The notes under the pieces are model-generated. The model worked only from the letters and a program-made list of their open reading frames with translations. It ran no database searches and was not told where the DNA came from. A stretch of 63,998 bases of DNA, counting the filler, from an uncultured bacterium (GTDB taxonomy: Bacteria > CAYSBA01): assembly GCA_964429075.1 (NCBI GenBank). It is 10 parts of 10 records of this genome, joined end to end, with 100 filler letters (N's around TTAATTAATTAA, not from the genome) between each part and the next. Parts side by side here need not be neighbours in the genome. Positions count along the whole stretch, not along the records: positions 53,068 to 59,555 come from CAYSBA010000079.1; positions 59,656 to 63,998 come from CAYSBA010000154.1; 8 more parts are not named here. One strand, written 5' to 3'. This document shows, piece by piece, positions 55,121 to 63,998 of the stretch. Position 1 is the stretch's first letter, and each line of letters opens with the position of its first letter. The position numbers and the translations under genes are program-made.

Positions 55121-55465
55121 TTATTTTACAGACTCCTTCACCCAGTCGAGATAGCTACCCGATCCTGAAACCACTGGAAGCACAAGATATTCAGGAACAG
55201 TGTAGGGGTGGACCCTCTCTATCTCATTAAACAGTTCATTTAACCTGTCCTTTGTGGTCTTTATTACCAGAAGTTCCTCCTCATCCTCACAGAGCCTTTT
55301 CTCCCAGAAGTAAAAAGAGGTGATCCCAGGCAGTACATTTACACAGGCACAAAGATGCTTATTAACGATCTTTTTTGCAATCTCTCTGCCTGATCCAGCC
55401 GGTGCGGTAACAAGACAGACAAAAACCTGTTGATTATCCCTTAGCCCTTCTCTTTGTGTTGACAT
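55121..55465 (-). CDS. cutA: divalent-cation tolerance protein CutA
   Basis: LCACVN, SFYFWE, EELLVIKT and HPYTVPE. Confidence 0.92.
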   Translation of the reverse strand: MSTQREGLRDNQQVFVCLVTAPAGSGREIAKKIVNKHLCACVNVLPGITSFYFWEKRLCEDEEELLVIKTTKDRLNELFNEIERVHPYTVPEYLVLPVVSGSGSYLDWVKESVK

Positions 55466-56972
55466 AGAGCCTCTTTAGATCTTCATCTATCTTGATATAC
55501 TTCATCTTACCCTTTTCTTTATCCAAAACAGACTTCATCTTCTCCTGTCCTCTGTCGCAACCGAGTGTTTCAAGCGCCCAGTATACGGCATAACGAACCT
55601 TATTGTTTTTATCATCTATGAGTTTCAAAAGCTCATCTATTGCCTCTTTTGCTCCCAGATGTCCAAGTACATAAGCTGCCTTTTCTCTTACACGCCATCT
55701 GTTATCCTTCAGCTTACCAGTCCAGCATTTTATATCTTTCTTACACTCTTTGGCTGCTTCAAGTCTTTGTATGGCCTTTTCAAAAAAGGCCTTTGCTTTC
55801 TCATCCTTTTCCCTGCCAATGAGTTTTTTGACTTTTGGAATCTCCCTTTGGTCACCAATATTTGTTATTGCGTCTATTGCAAACTTCTTCATTGAAACAC
55901 TACCAAGCCCGATATATTTAAAGAGTGGTCCAAGGGCAGAACGATCGCCTATAAGGGTGAGTGCTGTTGCAGCCTTTTCTCGAACAGTTTCATCTTCTAC
56001 TTTTAACATCTTTGAAACCAAAGGTACGGCCCTTTTATCACCTATCTTTCCAAGGGCCTCTGCGCTGTTTATCTGGACAAGCACCGTAAGATCAAAGGCA
56101 CCGGTTGGGTCTTTGTATGTGAGCTTCTTCCTCAATAAATCAGATGCCTCTGTGAGTCTAAGATCTCCTAATATAACTGCAAGCTTGGCATATATCGCTG
56201 CTTTGAAAATCTTTGGTTTTCCAGGGACCTCTTCGGTTAATTTATTAATCTCCGGATCCTTGTCTGTAAATGCGTTGATCAGATCATCCTTACATGCCTT
56301 ACCAATTTGAAATAAAGAAAAGCTGGCCTCTCTATAAAAGCTGACACCAGGTCTTTCCACAAAGAGTGCCTTTATCAATTTTTTACAAGCCTTTGGGCTC
56401 CCGATATTGCCCAGTGATATTATTGCATTTTTTACAATAAAGGGATTGACATTTTCGTTATCTATATAACTCAAAAGATAGTCTACAGCGCTCTCTTTTC
56501 CAAGTTCACCAAGTGCCCTTATTGCTGCAAGCTGTACATAGTTTATAGGACTTTTAGTAAGTTGTATAAGTGGCTTTACAGCCTCCTCCACATGCATCAT
56601 ACCGAGTGCCTCTGCAATCTTAGCATTGTCAGTTGCCTTTTTTCTTCCCTCTTTGGTAGCATCAGAGGTTACTGTAAAATCTATACCTTTGATCAACTCT
56701 GATGCAAGCTCTTTTTTCCCCATTCTTGCCACAAAGAGCGCAATTTTGCCCTTAAATTTACCCGCTGAAAAGAGCAACATCATATCAGGGATGGCCTTTT
56801 CATACTTCATATCGATTAATCTATCCAGAGCCCTTTCCGCCTGAACAGGATCAGTAGATTTTAGCTTTTTCAGGTAATACTCTGGAGTACCCTCCTTGGG
56901 TCCACACGAGATCCCTACAAAAAGTAGTGTGAGAAATAATGCAAATACCTGTTTGAAATTATTTAAAATCAT
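55434..56972 (-). CDS. HEAT-repeat lipoprotein
   Basis: Lipobox GISC; repeated AAxALG and VRxxAA motifs. Confidence 0.82.
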   Translation of the reverse strand: MILNNFKQVFALFLTLLFVGISCGPKEGTPEYYLKKLKSTDPVQAERALDRLIDMKYEKAIPDMMLLFSAGKFKGKIALFVARMGKKELASELIKGIDFTVTSDATKEGRKKATDNAKIAEALGMMHVEEAVKPLIQLTKSPINYVQLAAIRALGELGKESAVDYLLSYIDNENVNPFIVKNAIISLGNIGSPKACKKLIKALFVERPGVSFYREASFSLFQIGKACKDDLINAFTDKDPEINKLTEEVPGKPKIFKAAIYAKLAVILGDLRLTEASDLLRKKLTYKDPTGAFDLTVLVQINSAEALGKIGDKRAVPLVSKMLKVEDETVREKAATALTLIGDRSALGPLFKYIGLGSVSMKKFAIDAITNIGDQREIPKVKKLIGREKDEKAKAFFEKAIQRLEAAKECKKDIKCWTGKLKDNRWRVREKAAYVLGHLGAKEAIDELLKLIDDKNNKVRYAVYWALETLGCDRGQEKMKSVLDKEKGKMKYIKIDEDLKRLYVNTKRRAKG

Positions 56973-57111
56973 ACAGACCCCCGGATTAATTTTTCAGATA
57001 TTAACACAGCATGTGTATCATTTCAAGGTGTAAAAGATCTTGACTTTATTAAGACATCGTTGTATCAAGGATATAATTGTATCGTATTTAAACATAAAAA
57101 TGGAGGTCTAA

Positions 57112-59262
57112 ATGGTGTGGAAGAAAGCTCTAACAATCTCTTTTTTTGGTGTCTTTTTGTTTATATTTATTTCTTGCTCAAGTAGTAGCAGCTCAAATGA
57201 CACAAATGACAACTGTACTGATGGAAATTGCAATAATAATGGCAATATATGTGCCAAGGAAGGCGAATCCTGTGAAAAACATACAGATTGTTGCAGCGGA
57301 CTTGCCTGTGATATCTGGACTCACAAATGTGCAGATATCACCTGCAGCTCCAATTCTGATTGCAAAGATCCTTTTTACTGTGACATGCAAACAGGACTCT
57401 GCAGTTCAGACTGCAGTTCCAACGCAGACTGTGGTGGCAACTACAAATGTATTAATGGTCAGTGCCAATATCCACAACCTGCAAGCGATGTTGCTTCCTG
57501 CATCATCACTGACAGAAAAACTGTCTTACATACCGATGCATCCTTTAAATTCCATGCCATTGCACTTGACGCAGATGGTAATGTAATCGCCGGTCAGGAT
57601 TTTGTATGGAGCAGTACAGATTCCAGTGTCCTCGATGTGGCAGATGATGGAACCGCAACGGGCGTATCGGCCGGACAGGCAGACATAACTGCTTCTGTTT
57701 CTGGAAATGAGTCTGTCACCTGTTCAAAGACCGTAACGGTAATCGGATCTGCAGGTGGGGTCAGGGTTGTAGTTGTTGACGAAAACACAGATAACCCTGT
57801 CTCTGGTGCAAAGGTTATAGTTAATGGCAATGAAGTAACAACCGACAACGATGGAATTGCTGAAGTTAGTGGAGTCTCCGCACCCTTAGATGTCCATGTT
57901 TTTCATGACGATTATAATTATGTTAGCGTACTGGGAACAAACTCTACCGACCTACTCATTGCACTCAAAAAACGTCCTTCTGACCTCGCAGGCGGTGTAG
58001 GTGGTAAATTTGACCTCTCTAATCCACAGGCAACCTGCAAGAGTTGTACTGTAAAGCTTGGACTTGTTGGTACGAGCATATACGGCAACCTGATGGACCT
58101 AAATTTCAACGTACTGCTTGGAGAGATGGTCAATGTGTATATCGAGGCCTTTGACACAAATGTTACACTGCCCAATGGCATCGCAATAGGTCTAAACACT
58201 TGGTACAAAGAGACTGCCTATGCTGAAAGTGAGAGTGATGTAACCGTCGTTTGGGGGACAGCTGGAGTAGAGGAATTGCAGACCATACTTGATATTGTAT
58301 CACCTCTTTTAGAAAACTCTGATAACATCGGTGACAATGTGGGCGAGGTTGCCGGTAAACTCATTTCACAGCTATTGCCAATATTCCAGAAATTCTGGCA
58401 TTTTGTTAAGCCTGAGGTTCATATAGATTTTTATCCAAGGGTACCGGATACAGACGATATAAATGCAAATGGTGATACATCAGAGATGATACCTGATTAC
58501 TCAAAATTCAAGCAGATGACCTTCAAGGTTGATCAACCTCTTACATTAAATTTAGATGTTACAGTGCCTGAATTGCCAAAATTTGGTGGCACATGGACTG
58601 ATGGCGCCCTCACACTAATAGGCTCTGAGGTTCCCGGAAGGGGTCTTGTGGTACTCGGTCTTACTGCTGGTGTAGACTCAAAAGACAGCAATGATACACC
58701 TAACGGCAAGATCGACGATCCAATGTCTGTAGCCATGGCTGCAAACCATCATGGTATTGAAGAGAGTCAGTATCTTGCTGTATCGCTTGCCATATCCTTC
58801 TCATCATTTGGGGGCTCGGGAAATCTGTCAACAAGTGGCCTTGTGAAATTCCTCGATAGTATTAAAGATCACGGTACAGTTGAGTTTACAGACAACTACC
58901 TTGGCCTTGCAGAGGGTTCAAGCTGGGACAGTGCCACAGATACGTTTACCTTTGCCACTGCTGACAACACCGCCAAGATATACCGCCTTGTTCTCAACGA
59001 CAACAATACAGGTAGGGATTGGATAATATATTCTAGTCTTGACAATACATCTGTGACTCTACCAGACTTCTCTGAGGCTGCTCCGTTTAAAGACTCAGAC
59101 GAACCGAGGATAGATCTTCTGGATGGAATCACCCTCGATGATCTTGTGGAATTCAATGGAAATGATATGGATTATATGGTACCACTTATTACAAGATTCA
59201 GCACCCTTGCATGCAGCAGTCCATCTGATAAAAATCCGAGCCCACTGTGCGAGATTAAGTAA
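57112..59262 (+). CDS. Cys-rich / Ig-like (Big_2) surface lipoprotein
   Basis: Lipobox FISC; Cx4DC repeats; WSSTDSSVLDV Ig-like motif; PVSGAKV..TTDNDG carboxypeptidase-regulatory-like domain. Confidence 0.75.
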   Translation: MVWKKALTISFFGVFLFIFISCSSSSSSNDTNDNCTDGNCNNNGNICAKEGESCEKHTDCCSGLACDIWTHKCADITCSSNSDCKDPFYCDMQTGLCSSDCSSNADCGGNYKCINGQCQYPQPASDVASCIITDRKTVLHTDASFKFHAIALDADGNVIAGQDFVWSSTDSSVLDVADDGTATGVSAGQADITASVSGNESVTCSKTVTVIGSAGGVRVVVVDENTDNPVSGAKVIVNGNEVTTDNDGIAEVSGVSAPLDVHVFHDDYNYVSVLGTNSTDLLIALKKRPSDLAGGVGGKFDLSNPQATCKSCTVKLGLVGTSIYGNLMDLNFNVLLGEMVNVYIEAFDTNVTLPNGIAIGLNTWYKETAYAESESDVTVVWGTAGVEELQTILDIVSPLLENSDNIGDNVGEVAGKLISQLLPIFQKFWHFVKPEVHIDFYPRVPDTDDINANGDTSEMIPDYSKFKQMTFKVDQPLTLNLDVTVPELPKFGGTWTDGALTLIGSEVPGRGLVVLGLTAGVDSKDSNDTPNGKIDDPMSVAMAANHHGIEESQYLAVSLAISFSSFGGSGNLSTSGLVKFLDSIKDHGTVEFTDNYLGLAEGSSWDSATDTFTFATADNTAKIYRLVLNDNNTGRDWIIYSSLDNTSVTLPDFSEAAPFKDSDEPRIDLLDGITLDDLVEFNGNDMDYMVPLITRFSTLACSSPSDKNPSPLCEIK

Positions 59263-59293
59263 CGACAATTATTCATAAATTCATACAGGTTAC

Positions 59294-59326
59294 AAAAGGG
59301 GCGGCTTTTTCAGGCCGCCTTTTTTT
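59294..59326 (+). terminator. rho-independent terminator
   Basis: AAAAGGGGCGGCTT-TTTC-AGGCCGCC followed by a T-tract. Confidence 0.88.
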
Positions 59327-59555
59327 ATTTAACACTATCTTTGAGTGTAAAAACTTATCTATCAGAAAGTAGAATATATATCTTTATAACCTCGATAACG
59401 TTTCAAAATTTCTATACGATGAGTGACTAAAAACATATATACCACTGCTTTCCAACGTTTAAGAAGAAAAATTTTATAATCTATCCGATTTGAAATTAAT
59501 TTAAGCCATATACTTACCTTCCCTGAAAGAAAACATAAGGAGGTTAGTAATAAAC

Positions 59556-59655
59556 NNNNNNNNNNNNNNNNNNNNNNNNNNNNNNNNNNNNNNNNNNNNT
59601 TAATTAATTAANNNNNNNNNNNNNNNNNNNNNNNNNNNNNNNNNNNNNNNNNNNN
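59556..59655. other. artificial contig spacer
   Basis: N44-TTAATTAATTAA-N44. Confidence 0.99.
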
Positions 59656-60038
59656 TCCCTAAACACTGTAACACCTGATTGAACATGGAGATAAAATTGC
59701 TCTTCGGTGATATCTAATAAGTAGTGCGTTGCAGCATTTCTTAAGTTGTTAATCATTCGAATTACTAATGCTTGTTCTTCATTAAGACACTTAACTTGAG
59801 AATCTGAAAGACATTTTCTAACACAGTGGTCGAATCCTATAGTCTCTTTCGCTTTTTTCTCTCTTATTTTTCCACCATTATACACAATCGTAGCCTTTAA
59901 AAGCATTTCAAAGCTGTGATTTAATAACATAAAAACACTAACAACTCTTCCTCTGCTATATGGCCTATTAAACTGCTCAATAGACAACAGCAAAGAATCT
60001 ATACTCCTGTTTAAAAGTGTTTTTACTTCTCTTTTCAT
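59656..60038 (-). CDS. DUF3644-like (HEPN-related) protein, 3' truncated
   Basis: SIEQFNRP, FEMLLKA and an RxxxxH motif (LRNAATH). Confidence 0.7.
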
Positions 60039-60058
60039 CTTTAACCATGCTATTTTTT

Positions 60059-60379
60059 TTATTCCTTTCCTCTTTTCCCCGCCCTTTTTACTATCTTCCC
60101 CCTATCATCCATAACTCCTATTCCTGTCCCTTCAGTGGCTTTCAAAGCATTCTGGATATTCCTATCATTAACAGCAATATACCGTGCTTTTGATGACCTT
60201 TTTACCTGGTCTATTCCCTGATATACACCGTTTTTCGTGGTTTCAACTTCTATCACTCTATCCTCTGTCACTATATCTATCCCTTTATGCTTTTTATATT
60301 CAGTTCCAAATTTCTTTGCTAACCTCTCTGCAATTTTGTCATGCTTGCTTTTAGTCATCTTTAGCATTCTACTTCTCAT
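60059..60379 (-). CDS. small PD-(D/E)xK-like hypothetical protein
   Basis: About 100 aa; H..., GIDIV....IEVET core; start may be 60358. Confidence 0.55.
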   Translation of the reverse strand: MRSRMLKMTKSKHDKIAERLAKKFGTEYKKHKGIDIVTEDRVIEVETTKNGVYQGIDQVKRSSKARYIAVNDRNIQNALKATEGTGIGVMDDRGKIVKRAGKRGKE

Positions 60380-61367
60380 CTGCTCCCAAACCGTTATTAT
60401 GGGCTATTGGTTGGTTAATTCTTGCAAGCACCTCCAGCACTCTGGCTGCAAAGTGTGTAAAGTACTCTGCACCAGGATAGTGGCCTGGATCAGGAAAGGA
60501 AACCCCTAAAGATTTTCCTGTGATCTTTGCTTTCTCAAAGATACCTCTAAAAAATGATGCAAGTAAATATTCATCACCAGCCCAGGGCCTGGTTGTTATT
60601 GATTTTAGTATTTGATCCAGTAAATGAAATACATTGACCCAGTTTAAGTATAAAAAAGGCTCTCTTAACTCAAAAAGAGCAAACCATTTGTCTCTTTTCT
60701 CAAGTGTAAAGATACCCTGCTTTGTGTCATCTATCTTAGTTAACAATCCAGCTTTGTGCCACCTTTTGAGAATCTCATAAACATTTCTCTGACTGTGAAA
60801 AACCTCTCTTGCGATTGAATTAGAGTTACCTTTGTCATGAGCCAAAAGATATAAAAAAACTTCTGCTTTAGACTCCACTCCAAATATACCTCTGAGTTTA
60901 AGCTGCAGTAGTGATAGTCTTTGAATAAAGGGTTCTGTTACTATACCTCNNNNNNNNNNTCCATATTCAGAACCAGTTTCTTTAAGGAACATTAAACTAC
61001 CCTTAAAATCTCTTTCTTTTTCATCTTTCTTGAAAAGCCCATCAAACAAATCTAATGTCTCTCGATCAATTAGACTGGTATTTTTTAAGTCAGCTATTGG
61101 TGTAACAAATAGATCCCTAACCCTCTTTATCCTTTTGGTATTTATCAATCTACCATAAGTACTCAACCACTCTATGGAGGCACTCAAGAGACGTCTGTCC
61201 AGTACACCTACTGCAAAAGTAGATACAGCTAAAGCTTCAAGATCTATTATCCAGTTCTTCTCTGGATTGATATTAGATGCTACACCGAGAGCCGACCACT
61301 GCTTCCAGTGAATATCAAGAAGGATATCACAAAACCTTTTACTAAATCCTTCTGGCGATATCTTCAT
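60369..61367 (-). CDS. winged-helix protein, putative AbiEi-like antitoxin (contains the 10-N gap at 60950-60959)
   Basis: WKQWSALGV, IDLEAL and LRGIFGV, then HTH (NSNSIAREVFHSQRNVYEIL); coupled to the DUF6036-like gene. Confidence 0.6.
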   Translation of the reverse strand: MKISPEGFSKRFCDILLDIHWKQWSALGVASNINPEKNWIIDLEALAVSTFAVGVLDRRLLSASIEWLSTYGRLINTKRIKRVRDLFVTPIADLKNTSLIDRETLDLFDGLFKKDEKERDFKGSLMFLKETGSEYGXXXXGIVTEPFIQRLSLLQLKLRGIFGVESKAEVFLYLLAHDKGNSNSIAREVFHSQRNVYEILKRWHKAGLLTKIDDTKQGIFTLEKRDKWFALFELREPFLYLNWVNVFHLLDQILKSITTRPWAGDEYLLASFFRGIFEKAKITGKSLGVSFPDPGHYPGAEYFTHFAARVLEVLARINQPIAHNNGLGADEK

Positions 61368-61933
61368 AACCATACCTTATTAAGAAGTCTTTTAATATCA
61401 GCTTAAAACCTCCTGAAACATCCCTGGGTAAGTATCCACTGTGTTGCCTCTTCCATTTCTTTAAAGGTGGGCTTTAAGGCAAACAAATCCTGTACATGAT
61501 AATCGCCTCTGTCCAGGGCGGCATAGAGTTTGAAAAATATTTGATCAACTCTACTTATAAAGTATACAGTTAAAAAGGTTCCATACCTTTTCTTTATAAG
61601 CCTTTCTTCAAATCCATCGGGTAACCCTGTGTCCAGTTGAGAAGCAGGACCAAGATTCAACCAATTTTCAGGTAAATCAAAATCTCTTCCTACAGTATTA
61701 GCTGCCTCTTTTAGCCAGCATGGGAATTCGTTTATCTTTGTAATCCTGATTTTCCCATCTATAATTTCTACCTGTCCAAGCACATCCACATCTTTTGTCG
61801 TTCTACTTACGAGACCAAGAGCTGATAGAGCTGTCCCTCCGCATACTACAAGAGCTATGTGTGACCCACTATAAACACCTATCTGCCTGTCAAGGGCATA
61901 AAAGATCTCTTCAATGTTACCATTATTAATCAT
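61342..61933 (-). pseudogene. DUF6036-like nucleotidyltransferase (AbiEii-like), frameshifted near the 3' end
   Basis: VCGGTAL, RTTKDVD, NWLN and KLYAA; an extra G in CAGGGAT causes a stop at 61403; removing it gives QDVSGGFKLILKDFLIRYGYEDIARRI*. Confidence 0.7.
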
Positions 61934-61937
61934 TAGT

Positions 61938-61966
61938 AGTATAATTGCTAATTATTAGCAGTCATA
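61938..61966 (-). promoter_or_regulatory. promoter with inverted-repeat operator
   Basis: Minus-strand ATGACT-16-TATACT enclosing the inverted repeat TGCTAAT-T-ATTAGCA (61946-61960). Confidence 0.6.
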
Positions 61967-62105
61967 GTGCTATATTAAACCTTAACCTCAGGGATTAACT
62001 CAGGCCTGTTCATCATGTCCCCTCCCTTTGAATAATATTGTAACCCATCTCTATCTCTTATAGGTTGGGAGCCACATCTTTGCTTCGTTTTCATAATCAT
62101 CCTTT

Positions 62106-63887
62106 TTATCCTATATCAAGCTCTCTCAGGTAATTCTCTATCCTTTGCTCTATCATGCCAAGCTCCTTTTCTATATCTTTGAGCTGTTGCCACTCCCTTT
62201 TTACATCTATCTCTTCAATCTCCTCCTCTGGGAACACATAAAGCGTAACATTCAGGTTATAGTCGTTCTCCTTTATCTTCTCAATCTCTACCACTTTTGC
62301 AAACCCTTCAATCTCAGATCTCACATCTCCCAATCTCAAATCCTTATATGCTTTGACTATTTTTTCTATATGCTCATCTCCCAAGCGGTTGAGTTTCCGA
62401 ACATCCGGATGCCTTTCGTATTCATTGCTTGCATTTATAAATAAAATTTTCTCTTTCCTTGGCTTTGGTTTATTTTTATTGAGGACAATTACTGCTCCTG
62501 GTGCTCCAGTATTATAAAAGAGTTTTTCAGGAAGCAGAATAACAGCCTCTATCAAGTCAGCATTGAGTACGCTCGTTCTTGTTGCCTTTTCCTTCCCGCC
62601 TCTAAAAAGGCATCCGTTGTCTATAACAACCCCGACTCTGCCGGTGTCATCCTTTGCTGAAGACAGCATATGCTGTATCCATGCCCAGTCTGCTGATTGT
62701 CTTGGTGTGAACCCGAAGTTGAATCTCTCTCTCCAGAACTCACCTTTTTTAAGAGTCTCCTCGCTATATCCATCCTGATTCCAAGGGGGATTGGCTATAA
62801 CAAGATCGAATTTCTTTAATTTATCACCTTCTTTAAATTTAGGATAAAGCAATGTGTCTCCTAAAGCAAGTTGACCATTTCTGATATCATGAATGTAGAG
62901 GTTCATTTTAGCTAAGGCAAGGGTCTTATGGTTGTATTCCTGCCCAAAAAGAAAGAGTTTGTCTGCCTCTTGCCTGCCAAGATTATTCTCAACATGTTTA
63001 TATGCGCTGATAAGCATACCACCCGAACCACAGGCAGGGTCATATACACTTTCACCTGGCTTTGGATCTAACATTTCAACGATGAGATTTATAACCTCTT
63101 TTGGAGTGTAAACCTCACCCTCCTTTGCCTTTTGAGGGGCAAAGTACCTTAAAATCCACTCATAGGCATCTCCAAGGATATCGGGTGACACCTCTTTCAA
63201 TGAGCGTGAACTGAACAACTCAACAAGCTGTCTCAGGATCTCAGCATTCTCTCTGTTGCTGGTGAACTGTACAAAATCTACATTCTCAAAAACCTCTCTT
63301 ATCTCAGGGTTTCGCTCCGCCAGAGCCTTCATTGCCTTTGAAAAATTCTCTGGAAGTCTTGCAGGATCCTTTCTAATGTTATCCCACAAAAACTCCTCTG
63401 GTATGTCAAAATCGTGATAAACAGCATTTTTTGCCTCAATCTCTGCCTCTTCCTCAGTCATCCCGTCAGATAGTGCCTCTCTGTATGCATCTTCATACTC
63501 CTTTTTCCATTTATCGCTCATCCTTTTGTAGAAAAGAAGAATAAGAATAAAAGTGTAATCTACCCTGGTTCTGATCAGATCAGCTGCAGCCTTAAGGAGG
63601 GATTCAAGATCTGCTCTGTTGAGACCCTCCTTTGGATCGGGCAATTTTCGGGCAATGAACTCCTTGTGACTTACCAGAGTATAAATCCTTTTTCTTGCAT
63701 CCTGTGGATCCATAGCAACTTTCAGCAAACCTACCTTTCTTAACTCGGAGAGGATCACGTTCACCTGATCAGGACTGTCCATGTGTTTATCATTCAGTAC
63801 CCTTGATGCATCCTCTGCACGAAAAGACGCTTCCCCGAATGAATCAAGAAGACTCCTGTAACGCAAATCAAGCCACTTTGGCAACAT
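62106..63887 (-). CDS. hsdM: type I restriction-modification methyltransferase subunit with N-terminal winged-helix extension
   Basis: GDAYE, GEVYTP, DPACGSGG, NPPW and LFYNTG; extra ~85-aa N-terminus ending LSELRKVGLL..DARKRIYTL. Confidence 0.92.
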   Translation of the reverse strand: MLPKWLDLRYRSLLDSFGEASFRAEDASRVLNDKHMDSPDQVNVILSELRKVGLLKVAMDPQDARKRIYTLVSHKEFIARKLPDPKEGLNRADLESLLKAAADLIRTRVDYTFILILLFYKRMSDKWKKEYEDAYREALSDGMTEEEAEIEAKNAVYHDFDIPEEFLWDNIRKDPARLPENFSKAMKALAERNPEIREVFENVDFVQFTSNRENAEILRQLVELFSSRSLKEVSPDILGDAYEWILRYFAPQKAKEGEVYTPKEVINLIVEMLDPKPGESVYDPACGSGGMLISAYKHVENNLGRQEADKLFLFGQEYNHKTLALAKMNLYIHDIRNGQLALGDTLLYPKFKEGDKLKKFDLVIANPPWNQDGYSEETLKKGEFWRERFNFGFTPRQSADWAWIQHMLSSAKDDTGRVGVVIDNGCLFRGGKEKATRTSVLNADLIEAVILLPEKLFYNTGAPGAVIVLNKNKPKPRKEKILFINASNEYERHPDVRKLNRLGDEHIEKIVKAYKDLRLGDVRSEIEGFAKVVEIEKIKENDYNLNVTLYVFPEEEIEEIDVKREWQQLKDIEKELGMIEQRIENYLRELDIG

Positions 63888-63913
63888 AAGTTAATCTCCT
63901 TATTACTTATCAC

Positions 63914-63964
63914 ATAAGCTATTATATTATTTGCTTATATAATTTGCCTTTTCCAAAATGTCAA
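63914..63964 (-). promoter_or_regulatory. hsdM promoter with overlapping inverted repeat
   Basis: Minus-strand TTGACA (63964-63959), 17 nt, TATATA; inverted repeat ATAAGC-N13-GCTTAT at 63914-63938. Confidence 0.55.
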
Positions 63965-63998
63965 GAGCATGAAGTAAATCAACTAAGAACCCCTGTAT

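Noticed and set aside
53738-55465. Apparently higher GC in the yicC-cutA block suggesting foreign origin
   Set aside because: Visual impression only, not computed; the genes are ordinary and contiguous with their neighbours
61975-62100. 41-codon minus-strand ORF after hsdM as an hsdS remnant
   Set aside because: No recognisable HsdS motif; cannot be distinguished from a chance ORF

Overview
This window is not one contiguous locus. It is ten roughly 6.5-kb contigs of a low-GC bacterial draft or metagenome-assembled genome, joined by artificial 100-nt spacers (N44-TTAATTAATTAA-N44), so gene neighbourhoods only mean something within a contig. Gene content points to an anaerobic, deltaproteobacterial (Myxococcota-like) organism. 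Housekeeping genes include the dcw cluster, ftsZ, ileS-lspA, hemAC-ccsA, xerD, psd, tRNA-Ala(CGC) and tRNA-Cys(GCA). Metabolic genes include a TetR-headed bzd-type class I benzoyl-CoA reductase operon and NfnAB. Surface genes include several Cys-rich proteins with MYXO-CTERM-like tails and a fibre-like adhesin preceded by a sigma54-type promoter. A type I R-M defence island closes the window. The most unusual items are (1) a single-ORF fusion of an MglA/SofG-type small GTPase with a PocR-like domain and a histidine kinase, (2) an IspH-Smr fusion, (3) a cassette behind a winged-helix-extended HsdM containing an AbiE-like pair with a frameshifted nucleotidyltransferase, a minimal PD-(D/E)xK protein and a DUF3644-like protein, and (4) a VWA/MopE-repeat/thrombospondin-3 adhesin operon coupled to a heavy-metal chaperone. 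All family assignments come from motif recognition by eye; no searches were run.
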